A stretch of DNA of 52,255 bases from Marsupella aquatica. Lineage: Eukaryota; Plantae; Marchantiophyta. The position numbers and the translations under genes were made by a program. Positions within the stretch are counted from its first letter, which is position 1. Each line of letters begins with the position of its first letter. The stretch covers positions 17,773,481 through 17,825,735 of the forward strand of contig OZ316893.1 of assembly GCA_973895155.1 (NCBI GenBank), written 5' to 3'. The notes beneath the pieces were generated by a model. That model made no database searches, had not been told where the DNA came from, and saw only the letters and a program-made list of their open reading frames with translations. Positions 23,947 through 34,941 of the stretch are shown here, one piece after another.

Positions 23947-26900
23947 TGTGGTGCGTCCCATGGCTCCCTAAACCCAAGAAACCCCCCAGCTCAAGCCGAT
24001 TCCCGCAGGTTTCGTGCTTGGCGAGGCCGTTTCCGCGGCTTAGCGGCATGGGACGCTGCTAACCTTCTACTACTACTATTAACATTTTACACACATATAC
24101 TGGACAGATCCTTCATCGGGTCATGAGATACGTAGCCGGCCTAATATAGGCCTTCCCCTGTCTTCCCCTGTCTTCCCCTCCGTCTTGTTAGGTATGTTTG
24201 GATTCCGCCGCCGGAATGATCCCCAATAGGCTTGGTTAAGCCGCTAAGACCTCTCTCAGCTCGACACATCCAACTCTCACTCCCCTGCTTACTTTCCTTC
24301 CTTCTGTTGATGTGGGCACTCTTCACACAAGTTAATGCGACACACAAATAGCAAAATGACTCATTCTGACTGAGTCATACCATGCACTTGCCATACAAAC
24401 AGTACATCTCATACACAAGTTCTGCGAACTAAGCCGTGAGGCCAACTCTATTCAGCTCTTAGGCATGAGGAAACATGAATATACACAAGGGTCACTGTAT
24501 GACTAACCGAGAGCTTCTCGTACTACTTGATCCCAGCCCGGCTGGTGCAAACTAAAAACTTGCTAAAGAAGAGGCCCTGAGCTCCCCGCTGCCCAGGTAC
24601 TTATCCTGGTAGTGGATCCGCCATTCTTTGCATCGTAAGCCTAATCTACCTGACAGTAATCTACTTGCCCGAATCTACCTATGTACAGCAAGGCAGGAGC
24701 ACAAGTGTTGCTCCTACCAGTGGGACCGCAATCCCACTAAGCTAAGTGTCAGGGCCGCTCCTGGTTCTGATCCTAATCCTAAACGTGGAGATCCGCGCCC
24801 GCCCTGCCCACTCACGCCTCCTCCCTCCACGTCCGCCCTCCCTAAAAGGAACGGCGCCCTTGCACCGTCACGACACCGGTGGTGGATCCTCAATGGACGC
24901 CCCCAACACTTCCTCCTCAGCCACTGCCGTTGGCCCGCCTACTGACAGATTACCTGCCCTTGACCGAGTCAACTCTCCATCGGCCTGACTGGGTCCACCT
25001 TCGGCTTCAGCCTCGACACCGGCCTCGGCAATACCCACGGCTTCGGCCTCAGCCACTCCAACGGCTTCGGCTTCAGCCACTCCCTTGGCTTCGGCCTCCC
25101 CTTCCCCTAGGGTAGTTGGATCCTTAGCCGTGACCCTGTCTGGGGTCGGTGCTGGGTCTACCTCCTTGATCACCACGGCCTGTGAAGTCGTATTACTCCT
25201 TGACCCTGAAGGTGTCCGCTTCTTCTTCGTTGGTGGCTCGGCAGCTGGTCCCTTCCCCTTCCCACTTACTTCCGGCACTGGTGCAGGTGGCGCGGCTTGT
25301 CCTTCGGCAATTACCACCCCTGGTAACTGGTTTGTCCCAACGGGAGATGGACCTGCTGCAGCTAAGCATTTAAATACTGCGGCTTGTTTCTTCAGCCGCT
25401 CTGTTTGGTTGTCGGCCCGCCGCTGTAGGTTCTCCATCTTCCTCGTGATTTCCTCCAACTCCTCTTGGGTTTCATCCAGGTCCTTACGTGCCCCCTCCAG
25501 CTCGTTTTTGGCCTCCTCCTGCTCCCTGTGGGCTTCCTCCAATTCCTTCTTCAAGGTAGCCCTCTCCTCCTGGGTTGCTCTTAGCTCCTTGTCGAGCTCT
25601 GCAATGATGACAGACTCCATCTGGTTCATCTTGGCGTAAGTCTGTTCGAGCATCTCGTCCTTCTCCCTTAGGTCGGCCTTGAAGCTGGCCGTCAGGGACG
25701 CAAGCTCCTGCTGCAGCGCCATAATCCCTTGATAGGATTTCCCTAACTCGACCTCCTTCTGCTCAAGGGCTCCGCGGATTCTCTCGAGCTCCCCTTTCAA
25801 CGCCCATTCCTTTCTTTGGGTCTCCGCCATGGCCCGGCTGTTGGCTGTTATGTGGGCCTCCTCTGTATTCTTCAGCTCTTGCTTCCACTTCTCCCTCTCT
25901 TTGATCATGTCGGCCAACTCTTCCTGCGTCTGAGTCAGTTTATCCTTGATATTCTGATTATCAGCCTGCGCGGCGTCCAACTGCCCCTGCATGATGTTCA
26001 GCTCATGTCGTTTAATCCGCAGTTCATCTTGGGCTTTCTTGGCCGCCCTTAGATCTTCAATCTCGGCTTCCATCCTCCTAAGCCGCCGAATGACCTCGTC
26101 CTTCTTGCTTCTCTCTAAAGCCACCGCTTCTTCTAATTGGTGCTTCTCCAACTGCTCCCTATGGAAAAAGGGTCCTACCTCCAACTCCTCTCCAAAGATG
26201 CCGAGCGCAAGTTCCCCACACATCTTACCATACTCCATGGCTCTATTCTTAGCGTAGGTGGAGTAAGTAGAAGTGATCGGCATCGCCCATCGTGGCCTCT
26301 GCTCCCAAGCCGTCCTGCGGATCTCTTCAATCGTGGCTAGAGGTTTGCTTCCTTTTTCGGCTAGCCGCCTGATGTCCTCCGGCCAATCTCCCCCTGGTAA
26401 ATCCTTTTCCTTAGCCAGGGCGGCCTCTTCCTCCTGCTTGATTCGCTCCTGAAATTCCTGTACCGTCTGTTTTATGCTGTCGAAGCTCGGGGGAGCAACA
26501 TCTGGTGGGGGAGACTCAGGGCTACTCTGCTGGTTGGGGTCCCCTCGCACTACCCTTGGAAGTGTGGGGACAAACCGGCCACAGGTCCTTACTCCTGGAA
26601 CGTGATGGTCCGACCCATAGCCGGAATTATCATGGCTGCAGTCCTCCACTGCCTCCTCTACCTCTTGGACGTCCGGCTTCTCCCTCTCCTCTTCGTCGGT
26701 AGGAGCTTCAGGCAATTCTGCCTCAGATTCGGAGCTTGAGGTTCCCACGTACATTCGAACACTTGGCTTGGATTCCGGCCTGATTCTCTCCTTGTCTCCA
26801 GCAAAGGGGTTTTCTCTTGTGAGCCGGTGTTGGCCTACCTCTGTAGTAGTGTCCTGCATTGTTGCCGTTGCCGTTGTTGTTGCCGATGCCGATTTCTTTT

Positions 26901-28606
26901 CTTTCTCCAGTAGTTTCAGCAGACTCTGCATGCCTGGTTGCTGCATCGGCAAGTCTTCCTTCCTGGGCCTAAACACCTGCTTGATCGTAGGACTAACAGG
27001 TGGTTGAGGCTTCTCAGCCAACGGCCTCGGCGTTGGAGCTTCCTCGGGTGCCCTTACCTGCAGGGGAAGTACCGGGGCAAAAGTCTGACTTCTGGCATAC
27101 CGGCACAACAGCGGCATGTGATAGCCAAGCCGCGACACGCTCCCCATGCCGATTACCTGCTGCTCCTCCTTTAAGATCTTCTTCAATTGGTTGAGGAGGT
27201 ACCCGTTGTAGTCCCAGCTTGGGTCTGGCCTTTCTGCCAGATAGACCTGTGCCTTGCCGATCTCTGCCCTCGGCAAGTTACAATGCATGGTCACCCGCAA
27301 GAAGTCGATCATCTCTCCTATGTGCGGGTTGGTGCAGGTGTTTCGGAAGAAGCCATTCTTCGTTGATGGCCCGGGGAACGACCGGAACTCCTTGTCAGGC
27401 AAGGTCTTCCTGGTATCAACTTTGGTCTTATTGCCTATCGGCAGGCCAAACACTTCGGCAATTACCTTGGGAGTAAGATAGAAATCCTTCCCATATATCC
27501 TCGTGCAATTGGTCTCGGGTTCCCATGACCCCACGAATTCTAATAGGTCTGACTCCAGTACCTCCGGCTTCAGCCATGGTAATCTTACAAAGGCCTCCAA
27601 GCCGGATCCGGCCATGAAGCCTTGGTACTTCTTGGTCTGCATGGCCGTAAAGCATGCATCCTCCTCTCGTGCAAAATGTAGTTGCACCTCCACCGGTAGG
27701 GTTGCCGCCCAGCCCTTCCAGGTGTCATCCCTGGTTGGAATGGCCTTGATGGGATCGACCTCCTCCTCTCCGGCTTCTCCCTGCCTCCTGCTCTGCTGCT
27801 CGGCTGGCTTCTTTGGTGCCGCCGACCTCGTTCTTTTTGCCGGGGTGGCTTCATCGTTGACGGCTCCCTTCCTCTTCATCTCTGCTGCCGTGGAGGTTTC
27901 TCCTAGCACCGTTGCCTGGGTCCACCTTTCCGTGCTACCCTTTAATTCCCAGTGTATGTCGTTGCAGTTCTTGATGGCCTCTCGGATGCCGACGACGCTG
28001 TCTTTGCAAAACAGAAGATCGTCGAGTTGATTGGAAGTAGGCGTCCACAGGAACTTGTCCTTGATGAGTTCGCCTCCTAAGAAAGCCGTCTTCTGCAGCT
28101 CCCACAATCGAGCGAGCTCCTGCCGTTCTCGAGCTGCCCTTTCTGACTCCTCGTCCTCGTAAGTCTTGATGTACTCAGTTGCCCGTTCGAACAGGCATCC
28201 CCAGAAATGTGCCGCTTGATTGACGTTGCTCATACCCTCCTTAGGTCGATCGTCGGTATCTACTCTCTCCCCGAGTGCTTGCCTAAGCAGCTGACAGTAG
28301 TTGGCCTCCCGTAGTCGTCTGCCTAGTTCGTGCTCGCAAATGAGCCACCATCTCCTGCAAGCGCTCCTTACCCCTCTCCTCTGCCGGTCCTTCTTCCCGT
28401 TGATCCTTCCTAGCCGCCGACGCTTAACGCGCCCTAACCCTAATCGGGTTTTCACCCTTAGTCTTACCTCCGGCCTCGGCCCGGGTTCCATGGTTGCCCC
28501 TAATTGTTTATATTTTCCTTGTTTTGTCACTATACTAAGGTGTTCCTAGGGTGCCTTCCTACTTTACCCACTTAACCGGCCGAGTGATTCCTGTCTAGGC
28601 ATCACA
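23947..28606 (-). mobile_element. Solo-LTR-like unit (4660 bp) carrying the intact 1220-aa ORF
   Basis: Minus-strand termini TGTGATGC...GCACCACA (7/8 inverted match), perfect TSD CCTCC (23942-23946 and 28607-28611). Its removal restores the host ORF frame. Confidence 0.85.
24868..28530 (-). CDS. Intact ~1200-aa accessory protein: Athila-ORF1/'plant transposon protein'-like domain, disordered linker, long coiled coil
   Basis: Uninterrupted ORF (first ATG ~28492). GLEAFVRLPW...LLEFVGSW...IYGKDFYLTPKVIAEVFGLP resembles retroelement accessory-ORF domains. ~250-aa coiled coil and AEAEAVGV repeats at the C-terminus. No RT, integrase or transposase motifs. Confidence 0.8.
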   Translation of the reverse strand: MTKQGKYKQLGATMEPGPRPEVRLRVKTRLGLGRVKRRRLGRINGKKDRQRRGVRSACRRWWLICEHELGRRLREANYCQLLRQALGERVDTDDRPKEGMSNVNQAAHFWGCLFERATEYIKTYEDEESERAARERQELARLWELQKTAFLGGELIKDKFLWTPTSNQLDDLLFCKDSVVGIREAIKNCNDIHWELKGSTERWTQATVLGETSTAAEMKRKGAVNDEATPAKRTRSAAPKKPAEQQSRRQGEAGEEEVDPIKAIPTRDDTWKGWAATLPVEVQLHFAREEDACFTAMQTKKYQGFMAGSGLEAFVRLPWLKPEVLESDLLEFVGSWEPETNCTRIYGKDFYLTPKVIAEVFGLPIGNKTKVDTRKTLPDKEFRSFPGPSTKNGFFRNTCTNPHIGEMIDFLRVTMHCNLPRAEIGKAQVYLAERPDPSWDYNGYLLNQLKKILKEEQQVIGMGSVSRLGYHMPLLCRYARSQTFAPVLPLQVRAPEEAPTPRPLAEKPQPPVSPTIKQVFRPRKEDLPMQQPGMQSLLKLLEKEKKSASATTTATATMQDTTTEVGQHRLTRENPFAGDKERIRPESKPSVRMYVGTSSSESEAELPEAPTDEEEREKPDVQEVEEAVEDCSHDNSGYGSDHHVPGVRTCGRFVPTLPRVVRGDPNQQSSPESPPPDVAPPSFDSIKQTVQEFQERIKQEEEAALAKEKDLPGGDWPEDIRRLAEKGSKPLATIEEIRRTAWEQRPRWAMPITSTYSTYAKNRAMEYGKMCGELALGIFGEELEVGPFFHREQLEKHQLEEAVALERSKKDEVIRRLRRMEAEIEDLRAAKKAQDELRIKRHELNIMQGQLDAAQADNQNIKDKLTQTQEELADMIKEREKWKQELKNTEEAHITANSRAMAETQRKEWALKGELERIRGALEQKEVELGKSYQGIMALQQELASLTASFKADLREKDEMLEQTYAKMNQMESVIIAELDKELRATQEERATLKKELEEAHREQEEAKNELEGARKDLDETQEELEEITRKMENLQRRADNQTERLKKQAAVFKCLAAAGPSPVGTNQLPGVVIAEGQAAPPAPVPEVSGKGKGPAAEPPTKKKRTPSGSRSNTTSQAVVIKEVDPAPTPDRVTAKDPTTLGEGEAEAKGVAEAEAVGVAEAEAVGIAEAGVEAEAEGGPSQADGELTRSRAGNLSVGGPTAVAEEEVLGASIEDPPPVS

Positions 28607-28611
28607 CCTCC

Positions 28612-31600
28612 ACCGCCCCGACTTCTGCGCTCGGCCCGACCTGGTTGATCGCGTCTAAGGTTGCGATCACTGCCTCGTCCGGTACCTCTTCGGCCACGGT
28701 TACGGCTACTTGTGGAGGTGGAGTGGGTGAGGCATGCGTGGCCGCCAGACTTTGGGCCTTGGGTTGAGGCTGTCAGTGGTGGACCTTGCCACCCAGCGCC
28801 CTCACCAATCCCAGCACTCATGTCTGAGTGCCCTTGGCGCCCGAACGCCTCCACGGAATACCTTGAGCAAGCATCCAAGTGCCTCTAGCACCACCTGCGG
28901 CCCCTCCCATACGAAGCCGCGCTTGCTCACCTACACGACCGCTACTCAACGGTACTCACTGTCTGCACAAGCAACCAAGCACCTCGGTAAGTAACCCCTC
29001 CGGATCTAGAACTCGCCAAGTCTAGCATCCTAACTCAAGCTCAACAGACGTTGGTAAATAGGTCAGCGATAGGTCCTCCCGATGCCATAAGCCGGAACCA
29101 GAACCAACGCCCACTGTTCGTCCCGAACAACTCCTTCCTTGGGCGCGGCCCAGGTTCCCCCTCATACGTATCCATCACCAACTGACCACCCTGACCTCAG
29201 GACATGCTCATGGCCCAATTAGCATATTTTGTCCTAAGGCTTGTCTCAACACGCCGGGACCAGAACGGCCCCGACTCTAACAACCGCTCCCGGTTTGCCC
29301 CACTGATGGTCTAGGGACCGAGCGCCCTTGGAACTCAGCCTCCATACCTACTTCGCCTTGCCTCCCTAACGCAAGCTCCCTTGGGAGGCTGAACGCGGCT
29401 TGGCTGCTGTTCGGCAGGATTGGCAAGCGGGGTGAGCTAACACCCGCAAACCACGAGAACCCATGGCACCCCCGGACCCATCTGAGTTAAGGAGGGCGTA
29501 GCTCAAGATCTTTCCAACGCACCCAAGAAGTCCTACAACAGACTTCTCGTTGGGAGGATATCGCCATTTCCGTTTGGCGGTTTCCCTTAGTGTCGCGATC
29601 ATCGCGGCTCACGACTTCGGCTTGGCTTTAGCCCCCAAGGAGACACCACTACCCTCATATATGCTTCTGGAGACCTGCCACCCCCAGACCAGCTTTGGTC
29701 CCTAAACATTTGGCCCCCAACCCGGATCCCATGGGGCATAATGGGCGCGCCACCAATTGGCAATGCCCATAACTTTCTTGATAGGCATTCACAAGCGAAG
29801 TGCCTTCGCCCGTTGTGACCGGGCCGACCCAGTGCTCATGCCTAGGCCCTCAGGTCTGATTGCCGCTCGGGGCCCCCGACCGGCCCAACCCGGATCGGGC
29901 CACAACTTGCGCCCCAAGCGTCCGTTGCCAATGGCGTCAACTCCATTGGCCTTGGGCCCAAGAGGAGCTCACTCCCAAGCCCTCATAACTCAAAGTCCAT
30001 CCGACGGTCCGGACGGCCATCCTTGAGTCCGGCCCATTTCCCCTTGACCCGACCAGCCATAGGCTAGTCCAAGTCCTTAGTGTGTGTCCCCAGCTTGGCC
30101 CCTTGCCTTGCCAGTGCCACGTCTCATTGCCCACAAGTCTCCCCATGCTAAGTCCTCCCCGGATGGCCTATCCGGGCTTGGACCATAAGGGAGCTCGGCG
30201 TCGGAGTCAGCGACGCCGGAGCTAAGTGTTAAGGTAGTCGAGTTCCGCGACTCCGTCTCTCCAAGGCCAGGAAGACCCACTTAGTTGGGACCAACTTAGT
30301 TACGTTGGCCCAAGGAAGGGTTCCTCGATCAAACCGAGCGTACCACTCGAGAATGAGCTCGATGTGGCTCGCGAAATACGCCTTCCTGCCAATGTACAAC
30401 GCCTTCCTTTGTCGTTCCATCTCTTCATGGAACTTCTTAGCAAAGTACGACGCCCACTTCCTAGGCCGATAGTTCTCGACCTGGATAACCTGGGCAGCGG
30501 AGATCTTGCCTCGGGGTTCCATCATATGTAGGGCGTACCTCTGGAACTCCAGCCGCTCAGCTATCTCAAGGATGAGGCAAGTCCTCATCACGAACTCGTT
30601 GTCCACTGACCCCTCGGAGGGGAAACTCGAGGATTGGTACTTGGCTCCTTTACCCCCGGGAGCTCATGATTCGACTTGTTGATCTCCCTCAGGTAGCCCG
30701 AAGATCATCCTGAGCCGCTCCTCTATGAGGGACATATTCCTCCCCCGTAGCCGAGTATGCTGACAAACGTCGTCATAATTCTTGACAAACTCTGTCATGT
30801 CCTCCCCGTAGTACCTACAGGTGTTCTAGGGGAGAGAGGCGAGGTGATCGAACCCCTAAGTCTTCAAGTACACCGCATGTTTGGGGTGGAGGATGTTCTT
30901 ATGCACGTTCTCCCCCATGCGGTGCATTGTCACCTTGGCCATGGTTAACCCGGATACAGCTGCGGGTTCCTTCCTCTTCTTTCCCCAAGACTAGCTCCCG
31001 TGATGGCTCGGAGAGGGTGACATCTCCCCATCCTCCCGATTGGGTATGGGTAGTGCCACCGCCGTTAGTATTGGGGCCGGGTGGCTATGGTCACCATGTT
31101 GTCCATCGGAGCTGCTACTCGGGTCTGGGCCTGGGGAGGGGGCTATGTAGTGCCGACTCCCTGGGTGCTCGCTCCTCTGGGCCGCCTGAGCAAGGGTAGG
31201 GTAGCCTCATCGTCGTCGCTGAGGTCCACAACATTGACGATGGATCACACCTGTATGGGCGGGGCGATCGGTGGTGGGGATCGGCTAGGTTGAGGCGGAG
31301 CCTGAGCCTGAGCCGGTGTTGGTGCGGGTATGGGCACGGTCTTGGCTGGGCCGGCACCGGTGGTTGATGGTATGGCTGCCATGAAGTTCTGCAAGTGCTG
31401 ATAGAGGTTTTCCGAAGCAAGTGTAGACGGCCTTGTCAACTGGGTAGTGTTGAACTTGCTGTTGATGATGGCCTGGACCCGAGCGGGGATGTGGTCAAAG
31501 TGGTGCCGCTATAAGTTGATTGTGCCCGGGATAGTGAAGACCGCGTCCGGAAGCTGAAGCAATGCCTCCCAGAAGCCGATGTATTTGCCCCCGTCGAAGA

Positions 31601-31825
31601 AGTACCCTGATATTTCTTCGGGTCGGTAAAGCTCGCTCTGGGATGGGTAATCAAAGTGAAGGAGATAGTGGTGGCGGCCTGCTAGGCGGATGGCTCTCTT
31701 GTACTCGCGTTCAATTTTGTATCGGCGCGGTTGGTGTGTTTTAATGAGTCGGCCAAGTGCCCCCCGATAGACAGGAACTGCGTCCAGAATCGTATGGCCA
31801 AACTAGAAAGGATCGTGTGCGACAT
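28612..31825 (-). pseudogene. N-terminal decayed part of the ORF of the 22215-32279 unit
   Basis: Fragments incl. 30229-30606 (KWASYFAKKFHEEM...YFASHIELILEWY, accessory-ORF-like) and Pro-rich linkers; many stops and frameshifts. Confidence 0.55.
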
Positions 31826-31923
31826 TCAAAGGAGATAGAAGGCGACTAAGGATGGGCGAGAGAACTGGGATCAAAGTTGGCGCGTGGACTGAAGAATTGG
31901 TGCATTGCAAAGGATTGGCCCCC

Positions 31924-31931
31924 TTTTTATA
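31924..31931 (-). promoter_or_regulatory. Candidate TATA box upstream of the LTR-internal ORF
   Basis: TATAAAAA(GGG) on the minus strand, ~350 bp inside the unit's 5' end and ~100 bp before an ATG at 31825. Confidence 0.4.
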
Positions 31932-32279
31932 CCCTAAGAGCTCGTCGGTCGCCCAACGCCTCCTTGTTGCTTATAGGCCAAGCCTTTCACGCTTGTAGTG
32001 TACCGGCCACTCCGCCAGTCCGGGTAAGCGCGTGTCAGTGGCCGTCTCCCGGAGTTCATTATACGGACCCGAGGGAGGGGGGCCCATTACATGCTTGCAA
32101 CCGGGCGTGCGAATGGCGACCCGCCACCCCGAACACAAATGCGCCTTATTGACTAATGATTTCCTACTCATAAGGGCTACCAAAATACTGTCGTTACGCT
32201 AATAATTATGGCCTAAGATACCCCTAACGCACGTGCTAAACGTGGTTAGGCCAAATCACTCATTACCGGCGGCGTCACA

Positions 32280-33843
32280 CAGTCTTTTGTGAGTCGTGTC
32301 ATCACATCAAATCTTACCCAAGCACCTTCCAGACTCCCACTAGGTTGCATTTGTCTCAAAAGATCAACGCCTGATCCATGGCCGACCAAAGTCATCTTGA
32401 ATATGTGAGGACGGTCTCCTTGAGATCCTTGACCTGGTAGGAGGTACCTTTGGAGGAAAGGCATGTTGATATTTCTTTGATATCGAACAAGAAAATCTAG
32501 TTCACCCCGACCTTTCTGGTCCTGTCTAACACTACGGAAAAGGGACGCAAACTTCTGGGGTGTGGAAACTACCATGAGCGACTCAAAAATCTTTGTTTAT
32601 TCAATATCTTGAATATCTTCCATACTTTCACACAAGGACTTCACAAAGGACCCTGTCGCAACATTCTTTACACCAGCTGGGGTGAAAATTGGATTTCCTT
32701 CCAATTTCTTTTTCATAACCTCCTCAACAATCTTCTCTGCGCTCCTCGAAAACACCTTTCTTGAAGGATGGTTGTGGATCCCCATATGAATTGCTAAGCG
32801 GGACATGTGAGTACAGGTTTCTGAGTCAACTAGAACCTGCGGGTACATGTAAAATAACCGTGCTAGATAGGATTGGACACAAAACGGAACTTCATCACAA
32901 AATTGGCAAACAACTCCACCTTTGTCAATGAAGGAGCCAACACAATGTTGCCCGCCAAGTTTGGGGATTCCAGCCGAGGCCTTATGGTTCCTCCTTTTCT
33001 TCCGCCAAAAATAGTCGCAAGTATTATTCCTACACTCAATGAAACTAGTGCACGTTACTTTACCAAATTCCCAATATTTTTTGGGATGGATGTTAGCTGA
33101 TGTAGGAAATATTTTGGTCCAGATGTAGCAACCCTTCGACCGGTCCATGTTGTGTAGACGTGACCCCTTCAAAAGAGCTCCCAACGTAGGAGGCAACTCG
33201 AATACAATATTTCCATTGTATTTCTTTGGCAAACAGTCGACTTGCTCATGACAAAAGTCCCCAGCTGCGATGAATCTTGAGATTTCACTGGAACCAGTTG
33301 ACTTGAGAATAGTATCCATTGCACTTCTTCAATACACAATGGAATTTTTGGCAGAAACAATGGGAACCTCCTCGTTCACAACTGAGTGAGGGAGTTTAGG
33401 AATTGACTGAGGCAAACAAGAAGGGCCATCGTCATCGCTATCTGAAAGCAAGACAACATCAACAAAGGGATTGGATGAAGATGGGAGATTGGGTGCTAAT
33501 GGTTTCCTAATGACAATAGAATACCGCAACCCTGCATTCAGGTGCCAAAAAAAAAATCCCATCATCAACATCAAAAGAGGTAGTAAAGGTTGACGCTTCA
33601 TCTCCATTCCCCTCCTCCAAAATGTCCTCGATATCATTCAAATTCAAACCAAACCTCCCATAGATAATTCTCACTAACTTGCTTGTATACATCATTGACA
33701 GACAATGGAATGGATACAATGTCACCAGTAGACGAACGAGTAACAATGATTGACCTCGACATTGCAAAATCAGTAAACCCAAAACCCATAGTTGAAGATA
33801 ATGAATGACAGTTTCGCACGTCCACAATGGTATTCATAGTCAA
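32280..33843 (-). pseudogene. MULE transposase family B, N-terminal part (GCM/WRKY-like zinc finger, first catalytic Asp)
   Basis: IWTK...KVTCTSFIECRNNTC...CQFC...C...HMGIHNHP (C/H-rich, GCM-like by eye) and GAWVRFDVMTRLTKD ending at the TSD. Stops and frameshifts present. Confidence 0.7.
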
Positions 33844-34941
33844 GATGCCGTTTGTCAGAGCCGTTAGAATACGACAGAAGCACTACGGGGCGAAAACACT
33901 TCTGACACAATAAATGTTTTTGTCGTTATGTCAACGATATTTACACTAACGAGCCTAAACTGACCATTCCCAAATACCATAGTCATGTCTCTGAGATCAC
34001 CATAATTGAATAGCGCCCAACGCTACTAAAACATAAACACAAAATTTGGACATAAAATGGTATGTATTATGTTTAGCGCCAGGCGCTACTAAAACATACA
34101 CACTAAATTCTGGACTTAAAATGGTATGTTTTATGTTTAGCGCCAGGCACTAATATCCAGGATTTTGGAATACCTCCTAAATTTTCAGCGACACTTGAAA
34201 AATATTCAAAACATTTGCCAAAAATGAGGAGATTTTATACTAGCGCCATGCGCTATTCTTCATATGTAATTATCACATTGATTTGAGGACAAACATTCCA
34301 AAATATGTACATATATTGTATTATTTTTTATACTTTGCAGTCATATATGTCTCCATTTGTAGAAAAAATTGTGTTAGATTATGGAGAGTTTTTGGTAGCG
34401 CCAGGCGCTACTATTGAACAATACAAGATTAAACCTGAAGAATATAGATAATTTAATTGATCGCAATATTTATCTAACGATCATATTCAACGGTAACTTT
34501 TGGTTGCGTAATGTTGAAGGTAGGTCTACGGTATTCCAATGACAAATCCGGAGGTGACAAGTGGCATTTTGGAAAATGTCCTGGATAGATATCAATGTAG
34601 CAAGGGGATAATTTAGAGAGGGTACTCTCTCCACCTTCCTGGTCCGTTGTATTTAGGTTCCATTCTGGAGGTTATTCGTCCAAGAATTCTCTACAAGAAG
34701 TACGGTACAAATGAAGTACTCATTCTGAGCGTGAGGAACTTGGGGTTTGCAAAACATGGACCCTCTCACCACCACCTCGCATGGGTATAGTGCAAATAGG
34801 CAGAGAGAGCACATCCATTCCCAAACATCCGAGTGCTCATTTTTTGGATCTGTTTACAGTCATCCTGTGACACAATCTATAGCATCGCAAGCTCTCGAAA
34901 TAGTCACGGTTGTCACATTTCCAAAGAGTAGGAGAGCGAAG

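Larger units (their letters stand above)
22215..32279 (-). mobile_element. Solo-LTR-like unit (~5.4 kb native) with decayed internal ORF, inserted in the MULE transposase
   Basis: Minus-strand termini TGTGAC...GTGACA, as in the 4074-bp LTR. Perfect TSD CAGTC (22210-22214 and 32280-32284). Removing it restores transposase RLTKD|WVTLSAH. No internal LTR pair or gag-pol seen. Confidence 0.85.

Noticed and set aside
24868-28530. Host myosin/SMC-like gene or a true envelope gene
   Set aside because: Intronless and inside a TSD-bounded unit. No ATPase motifs, signal peptide or obvious transmembrane helix; the coiled-coil resemblance is compositional.
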